DNA of 64,000 bases, from positions 11,222,001-11,286,000 of the forward strand of contig OX597840.1 in NCBI GenBank assembly GCA_951406725.2. The letters run 5' to 3'. A program made the position numbers and the translations under genes. Positions 1-12,562 of this stretch are shown in pieces. Below the pieces are notes generated by a model, which saw nothing but the letters and a program-made list of their open reading frames with translations, had not been told where the DNA came from and searched no databases. Source of the stretch: Octopus vulgaris (lineage: Eukaryota). The first letter of the stretch is position 1, and every line of letters starts with the position of its first letter.

Positions 1-400
1 GAGGATATACGGATATATAAATTATATACACTTCTACCGATTATCCCGTTCGAATTAAACTACACACACATATACACAAACAAAACAATTTTATAATAAT
101 AAATACATATACAATAATATACATTGATTATGTAAACCATTAGAAACTTAGATAACGGTTTTATATTTTTTTACTTTATATTTTATTTCACTTTATACTA
201 CATATTTATTACTATTTTGTTTTTTTTTATTTTTATCCTTACGCCAGATTTTTATTTTTATGTTAATATTATTTTTTCATATTTATTTTTATTTTATGAC
301 TTTTTAAATTATTAGCATATACATACACATAAGAAATATATATTTCTTAATTTTCTTAAAATCCCATCAGGAGACATGTCACTCTTTTCAAATATACTCC

Positions 401-522
401 AGCCCTGATGACATTCTACCCAATATTATTCAAAATTCTATCTTATTCTCATCATTAGATTTATTCCAATTTCTTTAAATTTGCAATTTATATATTGGAC
501 TGAATTGAAACGTGCGTAGGCT
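401..522 (+). ncRNA. Type I hammerhead ribozyme motif with long helix II
   Basis: agcc-CTGATGA (405-411), then about 95 nt helix II closed by cattc..ccaatat/atattgg..gaatt, then GAAAC-gtgc-GTA-ggct. Helix I is agcc/ggct; helix III is minimal. Confidence 0.65.
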
Positions 523-659
523 TTCATTTGTCTATAGTCATTTTTTTTTTTGCTTTGGCTGTACGTTAAAGTAATTTTACATCCTTTCCAACACTCCTTA
601 TTTAATTATATTTTTACATCTAATAGTCCCATACATATCGAAGAGAATTTTCCTCAACG

Positions 660-1030
660 GTGTTGGTGATTAAACCAGTAAAATTTTGGATGTAGTAGTA
701 ATCCCCTATGAGAGCAGGATATCCTCGCTTTGACACACACACGGAAGGAGCATATGGTGGAAGTTGATGAGAGGAAGCTCGCCAATACTAGGAGCTGGTA
801 GAGCAGTGTAAATATCGGGGCTGGCAGGCATATTGCGAGGCAATAGAAGTGGGCCCTCAAGGTTTTGTGTGGCGTCCATTCTGCAAAGCTCTGACTGGAC
901 TTGGAGTTGCTGGCGCAACAAGCTGGAGGGTTAGGAATTCCATTACTGAAGCTTCAGGCAAAGCTACTAAGAAGCTTTGGATAAAGAGGGCAGAGTTGTG
1001 GTTTGCAGCTGTTGGGAATGCAATCTGGGA
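660..1030 (+). mobile_element. Degenerate C-terminus of an RLE-type (R2/HERO-like) non-LTR retrotransposon
   Basis: Reads ELVEQCKYRGWQAYCEAIEVGPQGFVWRPFCKALTGLGVAGATSWRVRNSITEASGKATKKLWIKR, resembling the EVG.RGF...EAAEKASRWLW end of restriction-like-endonuclease LINEs. Stops are present upstream. Confidence 0.65.
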
Positions 1031-1969
1031 CTTGGTCACTGACGGATGCATACCAGAGCATCTACCACGAGATGTATATTAAAACTAAATGTTATAATTT
1101 GTCACATGACATCTAAAGTTCATGAGAACAACATTGAAAGAGAGAAAAAAAAGACATAAAAACATTGAGAGAGAAAAAACTTAATGATAATTAGATATCA
1201 TTAAGAAAACGGAACGCGGCATAAGTGAAAGTTCGTTTAATGACAGAATATAACAACATCGGCGAATCGTCGATTTAATACGACATTAAACAACTCAAAA
1301 CAAAAGCTTTTAGAGATTTACTGCGTGTTCTGAGTCTAGCAATAAAAAATTAGCAAATAAGAAAAGTCTGTATAAACAAAAAGGTTGAAAAGAATTTAGA
1401 TAAAATTGATAGAAATGGATAAAATACTGCACGATTGCTTTTCTTTTTCATTTTATTGAAACGATTGGAGGGTATTTCTAAATCTGTTATACAATTTCAA
1501 ACGCTATTTTGTATTGTGTTATGTAAATTTGTTTTTTTTTTTAATTTTATTTGAAAAATGTTTTTTTTTTTAACATCAAAACATGTTTTACTCTTTTTTT
1601 TTTTTACTTACTGTGCTATAACCATATATAATAAACATGTAATTTTTTTTTTCTTGCATTTTCAAAATGCCATTTTCTTTTAATTTTTTATTTCGAAGTG
1701 TTTTTTTTGTTTCTTCCCAAACTGTTTTACTGTGCAGGTAACAGGTAATAAAAGTTTTATTCATTTTACCGTATTTCTAGAGTTCACTGTACTCCCGTTT
1801 ATTTCAGTAATAAATGCATTTTTTTAAAAAAAAAAAAAAAAGAAAGAAAACTTCCTAAAATACGGAAAAAAATTCAAAATAACGGCATCTCAAATGCCCG
1901 CGGTGGCCGTTATTCCGGAAGTTTACTGTTTAATATTTACACATGCATTTGTATGCATATATACAAATT

Positions 1970-2134
1970 CACACACACAAGCACACACACACACACACAC
2001 GCACACATACACATACACATACACACACATATATATACACATTTATATATATACATGTATATATATATATGTATATATATATATACATACACATATGTAT
2101 ATGTGTATATATGTATATATATATGTATACATAC

Positions 2135-2165
<31 letters not shown>

Positions 2166-2224
2166 TACATATATATATATATATGTATGTATATATATAT
2201 ATGCATACATATATGTATACGTTC

Positions 2225-2258
<34 letters not shown>

Positions 2259-2437
2259 GCATGTATATGTATATATATATATATATGTTGCGATATACAT
2301 ACGTGCACACATGCGCACTAACACACGCTGTCATGCTCACAATTATACACATGGTTTTATACGTATTTATAAACCAATACATATGTGTTTACACACGTGT
2401 TTATGTTTATATACAAATTCATATATATATGTATATA

Positions 2438-2484
<47 letters not shown>

Positions 2485-2636
2485 GTTTACATGCTCAAAG
2501 ACACTAACACACACACATATATATACACACACACATACATATATATAATATATATATATATATATGTATGCATACGTATATATTTACACACATATATATA
2601 TATACATACATATTTATACACACGTACATATATATA

Positions 2637-2692
<56 letters not shown>

Positions 2693-2803
2693 TATACATA
2701 TAAAAACATATATTATAAGGAACTTTTATAAAAGTTTAAGCACTCACTACGAGTATAGAGCAATGTATGTGTGTATATATGCATACATATATATTTATGT
2801 ATG

Positions 2804-2858
<55 letters not shown>

Positions 2859-2979
2859 ATATACATATATATATATATTGTTAACGTCATACGAACAGCC
2901 TTAGGCCTTGTCCCATCCAACTATTTACACGTTCTTATTATAACTCTATCTACTTCGAGTCCAACTGCTAGAAAAGAAT

Positions 2980-3047
<68 letters not shown>

Positions 3048-3065
3048 CATTTATATATATATATA
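1970..3065. repeat. Compound (TA)n/(CA)n microsatellite field
   Basis: Direct inspection; source of many spurious Y/I/H/T ORFs. Confidence 0.95.
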
Positions 3066-3303
3066 CTTTCACTCTTCAAAAGTAAATGGACATTGTCATT
3101 TTTTGTTTTTAAAGATTTGAGTCTAGACACAAAATAATGCCAGTTAATACATTTAAATACTTAATCGAGACATGTCTTGTGTACAATACATTAACAAATT
3201 TGAAGGACCCGGCAGGGTCCGTACGGATAAAATGGCAAAATGAGAGGTGTCCATTTACTTTTAAGATGTCTGTATACATACATACACACAGACTCACACA
3301 CAC

Positions 3304-3368
<65 letters not shown>

Positions 3369-3434
3369 GGTCCCGGGTTGATTCGGGGTTAACCACAGTA
3401 AATAAGGTACTCAATACATAGCAGAGTAAAATTA

Positions 3435-3513
3435 ATTTATTATATAGAAGGAGCTTCCTGATGATTTCTCTTGAATGAAACAGTTCTAGTCCTGTAGAAG
3501 CTCCTTCTATATA

Positions 3514-3519
<6 letters not shown>
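3435..3519 (+). ncRNA. Type I hammerhead ribozyme motif with extended helix I
   Basis: CTGATGA (3458-3464), helix II ttc-tctt-gaa, GAAA-CAG-ttctagtc-CTG-TA (cleavage after 3496). Flanked by a perfect 23-bp inverted repeat, atttattatatagaaggagcttc/gaagctccttctatataataaat. Confidence 0.7.
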
Positions 3520-3568
<49 letters not shown>

Positions 3569-3640
3569 CTCCAGGTTCGGTGATTATGCGAATAAGGAGT
3601 CCAACATAGGTCATATATCAGCGTGTGTATATATAAAAAA

Positions 3641-3822
3641 AAATTTTCCAGAATGAGATAAAAAAAAGCCAAGGCTGTGAAGATTTGCTTAACCATTTTC
3701 TCACACCGTTGCCGATGAAGGGATATAACAAATATCCTGGAAACAACTGTAAGACCTATTTATAAACATTCTAAAATTTTCACAGCCTTAGCATTTTTTA
3801 TCTCATTCTGAAAAAAGATTTT
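3641..3822 (+). mobile_element. Short foldback element enclosing a degenerate hammerhead motif
   Basis: Inverted arms cagaatgagataaaaaa..aaggctgtgaa / ttcacagcctt..ttttttatctcattctg around CCGATGA-agggatat-aacaa-atatcctg-GAAAC-aact-GTA (3712-3751). Helix I is poorly paired. Confidence 0.55.
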
Positions 3823-3867
3823 CTAAATCTCTCAAAGAATGATATTCAGTAACAGAACTTTAAAGGA

Positions 3868-4077
3868 TATTTGCCAACATAATATGACTGTCCCCCTGGA
3901 GAAGGACGACTGGTAATTCTGTTTAGCCCCAGGAAACATCGTTCGGTTTCGATTCCTTGATCGAGAATATAAGGACACAGACATTGTGTCGTATAGCCAG
4001 CTGGAAACGATGCTTCCTGGGGTTAAATAACAACAGCAGTCGTCCCTTCCAGGACAGCCTCATTATGTTGGCAAATA
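3868..4077. repeat. Imperfect inverted repeat (foldback element fragment)
   Basis: tatttgccaacataat...ccccaggaaacatcgtt versus aacgatgcttcctgggg...attatgttggcaaata. A related sequence lies at 4160-4290. Confidence 0.7.
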
Positions 4078-4085
4078 GGCTTTAC

Positions 4086-4163
<78 letters not shown>

Positions 4164-4712
4164 TATATCGTGATGTAAATATGCCATTTGAATATGGCTA
4201 ACCCCTAAATTGGATGCTACTGTAGTTTTTAGCCCCAGGAAGACATCTCCTCCAGCTGGCTATAGACACACTTTCTGTGCCCTATCACTCCGATATTTAT
4301 CATTATATATATATACATACAAATATATTCATATATATATTTGCGTATGTATATACCTACATGTATATGTATACATATGTGTTTGTATATACATATAGTA
4401 TAAAACTATTGTAGGCAGCTGGGCGCAATATAGGCCGCCTTGGCAAAATTTAGTCGTCAACTAATTGTGAATGCATGTGCTATAAACATAGATGCAATGG
4501 AGAGACACTGTTGAACATTTCCATTGGGACGAAGCCATGCAGTCCAGTGTCCTAGCTTCGCATCGCTCATGGCGCAGTTACCTACTTTGTCAGTATATAT
4601 AAATGTGCTTTTACGCAGCTATAGGTAGTTTAACTCTTATTTTTAGCAGTATATGTGCTTGTAGGACACACAGTCACCACTAAATTTTACATATACATAT
4701 AAGTATATATAT

Positions 4713-4780
<68 letters not shown>

Positions 4781-4909
4781 ATTATTATTTGAGGGAATAA
4801 AATCCAAACTTACAAAGAAAAAGAATTCAATTAAGAAATACTAGATCAAATTCCACACAATATAATATATATAAAATATATATGTATGTATGTATATATA
4901 TATGTACAC

Positions 4910-5025
<116 letters not shown>

Positions 5026-5443
5026 GTATATATACGTATGTATATATGTATATGTATATATATATGTGTGTGTGCGTGTGCGTGCGTGTGTGTGCGTGCG
5101 TGTGCGTGTGTAAGTCTACACACACAAATGCATACCACGTAGAATTTATAACTGGTACTCTATTTACATCTGATATCTTTCAGAAACCTCTAGCTATTCA
5201 GAATGAACAGGCATTAAGCTAATTACAGAAAAAACATACTGTGAGAAAACACGTGGACATTAAATACATTCACTAATTTTTAATCATTCCGGCAAGGGGA
5301 ACAACAGTAGACATGTTCCAGTCTTATTAGACCTCGTCAGAGAAGAATCCCAACTTCATCTTACATTCCAAACTATTGGTAAAGGAAGTTGGATTACAAT
5401 ATCGTAACCCTTATAGGCGTGGAAAATTAATATATTTCTAAAT

Positions 5444-5631
5444 AGGCGCAGGTAAGGAGCTCGCTTACAAACCACATGTTTCTGGGTTCAATCCCGTGGT
5501 TTTTCAGGTAAGTATCTCCTACTATAGTCCTGGGCCGACCAACGCCTTGTGAGTGGATTTGATAGATGGAAAGAAATCCATCCTATATATATATATATAT
5601 GTGTGTGTGTGTATGTGTATATGTGTGTGTG

Positions 5632-5663
<32 letters not shown>

Positions 5664-5905
5664 CGTGTGTGAGTGTGTGTGTGTGTGTATTCATGTTCGT
5701 AGTTGAATTCCACCACCGCTTGTCAACCGATGTTGGTTTGTTTATGTCCCTGTAACTTAACGGTACAGCAAATGAAACCGATAGGATAAGTAGCAGAATT
5801 TAAAAAAAGAAAAGCAAAAAAAAGTGTGCTAGAGTCGATTTTTTTTTTCGACTAAACCCTTGAAGGCGGTGCCCCAGCATGGCCGCAGTCTGAATGAAAT
5901 AAAAG
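5444..5905 (+). mobile_element. tRNA-derived SINE, family A (bipartite, internal TA/TG microsatellite)
   Basis: ggcgcagg..gggttca head, gccttgtgagtggattt body, internal microsatellite and ggcggtgc..cagcatggccgcagtc tail. More than 15 full or partial copies in the window. Confidence 0.8.
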
Positions 5906-6496
5906 ATTAAAGCCAAACGATTCTCTTATTTCCAGAAAGTTCTGTGTCGCTGGTTCAGTTTTCACCTAAATTTAACGGTTTTCTTTTAAATCATAGACGC
6001 AAAGCGCCAATGTCTCTTTTCAGTAGGGGTTAGCTAGCTGTGTAAATGGTACCCCATCCAACCACCACCACCACCACCACTGGCCTCATTTATCCCACGA
6101 GTATTTTGGTTCATACTTTATTTTATCAACCATTCACCACCATCATCTCCACCACCAGAAGAATTGAAAGGCAAAGACGACCTTTGGCCGAATTTGAATA
6201 TTTTTTTCAAAGGGGACAGAACGTAATATTCGCAAGACATTTCCTCCGATATCTGCTGTGTTACTCACATAATGTACACACCATTATTTAATGAACACAA
6301 CAATTTCAATCTTATTAATTGGTATTGCTTATGCAGCGAGGAATACACAAGTGCAATAACTAACATTGTCTATCTGATATCAACAAATACGGGTAATAAC
6401 TCCAGGTGTGTTTCGATGTTATTTGACCTCCTCAGTAGAATATATTAATCTCTGTGTTTTCATTAAGATTAATGATATGAAAAATCTTTTATTCGT

Positions 6497-6850
6497 AGGT
6501 GTGTGGTCAGAAGCTTACTTCCCAACCACATTGTTCCAGGTTCAGTCTCACTGCGTGGCAGCTTAGGAAAGCGTCTTCTACTATAGTCGCGGACCGACCA
6601 AAGCCTTGCGAGTGGATTTGGTAGATGGAAACTGAAAGAAGCCCGTCGTATATATATATGTGTGTGTTTGACCGATTTATAAGCGGTGTTGGTGTGTTTA
6701 TGTCCCTGCAATATAGCGGCTCGGCAAAGAAGCCCGATAGAATAAGTACCAGGGTTTAGAAAATAAATTCTGCGGTGGATTCGTTCGTGTAAAAGATCTC
6801 GAAGGCGGTGCCCCAGAATTGCCACAGTCTAGTGACTGAAGCAAATCAAA
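6497..6850 (+). mobile_element. SINE family A copy
   Basis: Same head, body and tail motifs as other family A copies. Confidence 0.8.
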
Positions 6851-6856
6851 GATACG

Positions 6857-6899
<43 letters not shown>

Positions 6900-6973
6900 A
6901 ATCTTTCAGATAAATATATATATATGTGCATATATATAATCCGAGATATTATATATCTATATATATTTATCTA

Positions 6974-7028
<55 letters not shown>

Positions 7029-7032
<4 letters not shown>

Positions 7033-7132
7033 TGAATGGAAGAAATGGAGCTGAACGAAGATTCTACAGAATTCCTTTTATAAAAGGAATTCTGTAGAAT
7101 CTTCGTTCAGGTCCATTTCTTCCATTCACTAA
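7029..7132. repeat. Near-perfect 104-bp palindrome made from the terminus of the Penelope-like element
   Basis: Centre ccttttataaaagg, one mismatch. The arm tagtgaatggaagaaatggagctgaacgaagatt matches 12560-12610. Confidence 0.9.
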
Positions 7133-7284
7133 TTATATTAAACTTCAATTATCCGCGCCAACGCACGGTTGCAACACCCTATGGTCATAACTCCAACCGT
7201 GTTTTTTTCTGCTGTGATTTTTGCTACCCAGGTATCGGTTAAACTTTTGAATAATCCGTAACGAGATAATTCATCTTTCCATTT

Positions 7285-7340
<56 letters not shown>

Positions 7341-8379
7341 CCTCAGTCACAATAAGGAAATTGTTTTGTTTTCTTTTTTTCCCAAAAAGCGAAAATATGT
7401 TATTAATACGGTTTTGAAGGTATGCTTATGGTTGTTTAACCGTAACTTTAATCTTCTGCAAAATGTGTGGTTCACCCGTGTTCAAAAGTATTGATTTGTC
7501 CACCTGTGATTGATATTATCGGTGTTCATATCTAAATTAATCCACGTGTGATTATTGTGTTTCCATATTTCGATTATCTTTTTACTAAAAAAAACATTTT
7601 TTTAAAGTCTTTCTTAATTCTGAACACAAATCTTGCTGGATTTGCTGTTGTTGCTGGCGGTGATGGTGGTTGTGTCGGAGCAGTTATTTTTGTTGCTATA
7701 GGTTGTGTTGGTAATGGTGTTGTTGGTAGTGATGTTGGTATTGGCGGTGATGATGGCAGTAGTGGAGGCGGTGGTGGTGTCAGTGTTGTAGTTGCTGTTG
7801 TTCTTGGAGGTGATGGAGCTTAGCCGTCCCTGGTCAGCTCTGATTAAGCGTAACTATGATCAAAGGCGCTACAACCATGACCATCTCGTCTTTTTAATGA
7901 CCATCTCCTCCTTTTATTATCCAGTATTTCCTCTTATTTAATGCAGTGTGATTTCAAGCAGATTTAGCTGATATTTCTAGCAGGTCGATTGACCACTCAG
8001 AGGCTTCCTCGTTAGTTCGTATTGCTGTTGTGGTTGTTGTTGTTAATATTTTTGTTGTTTTGTTATTGTTGCTGTTTAGCCCCAGGTATGTTCTGATCAG
8101 GCAAACCTATGACCAAAGACATTCCAACCATAACTCTCCCGTTTTATTAGCAGGCAAAGTATAACTCGGACTACAATATCCAATGTGTCCATTTTTTAGA
8201 TCAGTTAGACCTACGACCAAGAGACATTCCACTCGTGACCATCGCCCTTTATTCTTCACATACAGTGCATCTAGGATCACATCACCCTCTTGTTGTTGGT
8301 GATGGTGGTGGTGGTCATGGCTGTCGTGGCCGTGGTCGTCGTCATCGTAGTGTGGTGTTATAACTGTTGTTGTTGTTGC

Positions 8380-8452
<73 letters not shown>

Positions 8453-8735
8453 GCTTAACTCCAGGAGTTATTAATGGTAATGTTGTAGGCGTCACTGTTG
8501 GAGTGGTGCTTGTGGTGGTGGTGGTCATATCATTTGTGTTGTTGTTGTTGTTCTTTTGGTGATGGTGGCGGCGGCGGCGACGAAAGTGATGGCAGTAGGG
8601 GTGGTGTTTGTACTGTTGTGGTTGGAGGTGGTGGTGGTGGTGGTGGTGGTGGTAGCAGTGTTGTTGTTGTTGTTGTTTGTTCTTTTGGTGTTGTTTGTTG
8701 GTTTGTTTGCTGTTAATTAGGGCCACCACTAATGT

Positions 8736-9119
8736 TTATCTACAACCACAGCTATCAACTATCATGTTAGGCAAGTCTCTTTGCTCGATGACCGCATCAT
8801 CGTTGAAGTAAAGCAGCGATAGGGAACTAAGAGCTGTCGGGGTACAACAGATGATCTGCGAACTGTTTTGTTTCAGGTTCGAAACCATGGAAGTGTGTGC
8901 GTAGTCTTGTAATAATTTGATATCACATTCCCCAGAACAATAGTTGGCGCGATACGTCGATGGAATTATTATCCAGTTCCATCCAAAATCAGCGAAAGTA
9001 ACTTCCATTGGATACAAACAGCAACGGTTCTCGACTTTGGTGGCATCACACTGGAGTCCAACTCCTCTTTTACTTCTTTTGCGCCGGTTTGGAACCATCT
9101 GGATTTCCAAATACGGTTT
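8736..9119 (-). CDS. Last exon of a myostatin/GDF8/11-like TGF-beta ligand (furin site plus mature 9-Cys domain)
   Basis: Acceptor ttttctttctaccatttccag|AAA, phase 0. Reads KPYLEIQMVPNRRKRSKR followed by a 109-aa mature peptide GVGLQCD...RCCLYP...FGWNWII.P..YRANYCSGEC...HT...CCTPT...LYFN...PNMIVDSCGCR* with 9 Cys, collinear with myostatin. Confidence 0.96.
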   Translation of the reverse strand, partial: KPYLEIQMVPNRRKRSKRGVGLQCDATKVENRCCLYPMEVTFADFGWNWIIIPSTYRANYCSGECDIKLLQDYAHTSMVSNLKQNSSQIICCTPTALSSLSLLYFNDDAVIEQRDLPNMIVDSCGCR

Positions 9120-9384
9120 CTGGAAATGGTAGAAAGAAAAAATAAATAATTAAAAATAACGTTAAAAACAACATTGAAAAAAAATAATAATAACAACACA
9201 ACATAAGTTCAACACCTGGAATCTATAGCAGAAGACACTTGCCCAAGGTGCCACGCAGTGGGACTGAACCCGGAACCATATGGTTCGTAAGCAAGCTACT
9301 TACTACACAGCCACTCCTACGCCTACTGTTTAAGTGAATCTAACGGTTTTTGTGTTTCTTAAATGGCTTACAAACACTTTCTGG

Positions 9385-9703
9385 TGAGGGCGCGTGGCTT
9401 AGTGGTTAGGGCATTCAGCTCATGATCGTAAGGTTGTGAGTTCGATTCCCGGCGACGCGTTGTGTCCTTGAGCAAGACACTTTATTTCACGTTGCTCCAG
9501 TCCACTCAGCTGGCAAAAATGAGTTGTACTTGTATTTCAAAGGGTCAGCCTTGTCACTCTCTGTGTCACGCTGATTATCCCCGAGAATTACGTTAAGGGT
9601 ACACGTGTCTGTGGAATGCTCAGCCATTTGCACGTTAATTTCACGAGCAAGCTGTTCCGTTGATCGTATCAGCTGGGACCCTCGTCGTCGTAACCGGCGG
9701 AGT
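9385..9703 (+). mobile_element. tRNA-derived SINE, family C
   Basis: A box tggcttagtgg, B box gttcgattcc, core tgtgtccttgagcaagacactt, tail gtcgtcgtaaccg.cggagt. Another copy at 59507-59817 (-). Confidence 0.8.
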
Positions 9704-9936
9704 CTTTGACAAACACTTTCCACACTGCAATCATTTATAGATGCATCTTTCAAATAGTTTGATAGTTTGATCCTCACGCGTTCCTCTCTGAGAAAGCATG
9801 TAAAACGCTAGAGAAAGAATACAGTTCTATATTTGAGAGATGAGGAATTATGCACATTATCTACATATGTATTGGCTAAGGGCGCGGACTACTAACCCCA
9901 AGATTCCGAGTTCGATTCCAGGCAGTGCCCCGAATA

Positions 9937-10045
<109 letters not shown>

Positions 10046-10109
10046 CGACAACGACAACAACATCGAAAAATACCTTAGGAATGAGAACCCAGGTTCGAAA
10101 TTTCCCCAA

Positions 10110-10155
10110 GACACTTGATGAAGGCTGGAGGATATATCAGCCGAAACGTTGTGTT
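10110..10155 (+). ncRNA. Minimal hammerhead-like motif
   Basis: gacac-TTGATGA-aggctg-gaggatatat-cagcc-GAAACGTT-gtgtt. C3-to-U variant with palindromic AACGTT helix III. Confidence 0.55.
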
Positions 10156-10171
10156 AACAACAAACAAGATG

Positions 10172-10385
10172 GGGGTTAAACACAGAGAGGACAAACAAGG
10201 ACAGACAAACGGATTAAGTCGATTATATCGACCCCAGTGCGTAACTGGTACTTATTTAATCGACCCCGAAAGGATGAAAAGCAGAGTCGACCTCGGCGGA
10301 AGTTGAACTCAGAACGTAACGGCAGACCGAAACACTGCTACGCATTTCGCCCGGCGTGCTAACGATTCTGCCAGCTTGCTGCCTT
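10172..10385 (-). mobile_element. SINE family B (gtcgactttgcctttcatcctttcggggtcgat core, Meta-core-like)
   Basis: Matches the many copies at 17779-18556, 20660-21335, 28690-28928, 38005-38780, 43010-43205, 45715-45911, 49520-50020 and 63217-63380. Confidence 0.8.
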
Positions 10386-10960
10386 CATAAGCAAGCTTCT
10401 TACCACAGTCACTCCTACACCACTCCCAGAGGAAGTGAGAGACCCCTGGTCTTTAGGGTATCCCTCTGGGAGAAGGCTAACTCGTATGTAAAATTCACTG
10501 CACAGAATACAAACATTAAATTCCATAAGGTGTCTGCTTTAGCGCTTTCACGGTTCTGCATATATCCACAGCCTCAGGTTCGTACTTTATTTATCGACCG
10601 CGAAGCGATAACAAGCGAAGTTGATTTAGGTGAGATTTGAACTGACAGCGCAGAGAGCTGGAACCCGGATCAGTGAAATTACACACGAGGCCACAGGAAA
10701 AAAAAATAATAAACGAAGGTTCCTTTCGCACGGCGTTTCTTGTTTTGAAGTCTAATTCTACAGGATTCTGTTTAACCCTTAACATTAAAGAACTCTAACT
10801 ACGTCATCATACACGTCACACACACGTCACACAGGGTCACACAGGGTCACAGATAGTGTCACGTCCCCACCGCCGCCTTCTCCGCTTCTGCCCTCACTTT
10901 AACAGCTGATGAGTAAGTTGATATGCGACATGTCACATGTAAAACACACACACACACACA

Positions 10961-11018
<58 letters not shown>

Positions 11019-11022
11019 CACA

Positions 11023-11153
<131 letters not shown>

Positions 11154-11669
11154 TCTCACACACACTCTCACACACACATGATATAAACATACATATATAC
11201 ACACACACACAAATGCATACATACACAAATACACACGCACATACACACATGCTATAAACATGCGTACATGCACACACAAATGCATATACACACACAAATG
11301 CATATACACACACACACACACACTCACACACACGTGATATAAACATACATACACACACAAATGCATACATACACAAACGCACACACACACACAACACACA
11401 CATACACGCACATACAAGCATGCTATAATCATACGTACATGCACACGCAAATGCATACACACACACACACACACAAATGCACGCACACACAGAGATATAT
11501 ACACACACAGACACACACACGCACATAGAGATCATCTTCACCACCACCACCACCACCAGCACCACAACCACCACCACCACCACAACCAACGCCACCACCA
11601 TCTTCTGTATTTACACCTTCACATCAAAGAGGGTCTTTAAGTAAGTTGATTTCGTCACATGCAAACACG

Positions 11670-11755
<86 letters not shown>

Positions 11756-12476
11756 TACACACAGCTATTAACCCATTTATTCAACATCTACAGTTGGAAT
11801 TGCCTGGGAAAAGGAATTGTATTGGGCAGTGGGAAAATTGTAGGGGTTAGGCGGTGGAGAAAGTGTCGAAATGCCGCCGCCACCACTACCATCACCGCCA
11901 CCACAACCATCACCACCACCACCACCACTACCACCTAACATAGAAAACAAACATGCTGAGAAAATAAACCAATTCCAACATCAATTCTGACAAAACATTA
12001 TCACTAACCATTTTGTGATTAGGATAATAGTTTCTGGTTTCGTTTCTACTAACCACACAGCTTTGTTACTTTACGAGTTTTCGATCCCAAATTTTTTATT
12101 ATAGACACTAATAACCGCCTTCCCATTGTAAAACACAACATACCCTAGATTGCACCCCGCCATATCGCTCCCTCCAACAGCCACACCGCTCCTGCATCTT
12201 TCGGGTTTTGCTTTCAAAAATAACGAAGTATTCTAAGGGATTCTTAAATTAAATATATATTCAAAATCTCTACATTTTTGGTAGACCAAACCAAGTAGCA
12301 TCAAAATTGAAGACAGACGTTCCCGGTAAGTAATTTGGTTACCAGCCACATGGTTCCGGGTTTAGTCCCACTGCGTGGAACTTTGGGCAAGTGTCTTCTA
12401 CTATGGCCTCGGGCCGACCAAAGCCTTGTGAGTGGATTTGGTAGACGGAAACTGAAAGAAGCCCGTCGTATATATG

Positions 12477-12559
<83 letters not shown>

Positions 12560-12562
<3 letters not shown>

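Noticed and set aside
5305-6440. Hammerhead-like cores at 5308-5343 and 6400-6437 (minus)
   Set aside because: The cores are recognisable but helix I does not pair and GAAA or GUH is mutated; at most dead remnants, so not counted.
9385-9455. tRNA genes at the A/B-box motifs (also 27184, 54500, 63217)
   Set aside because: No complete acceptor stem; each continues into a multi-copy SINE body.
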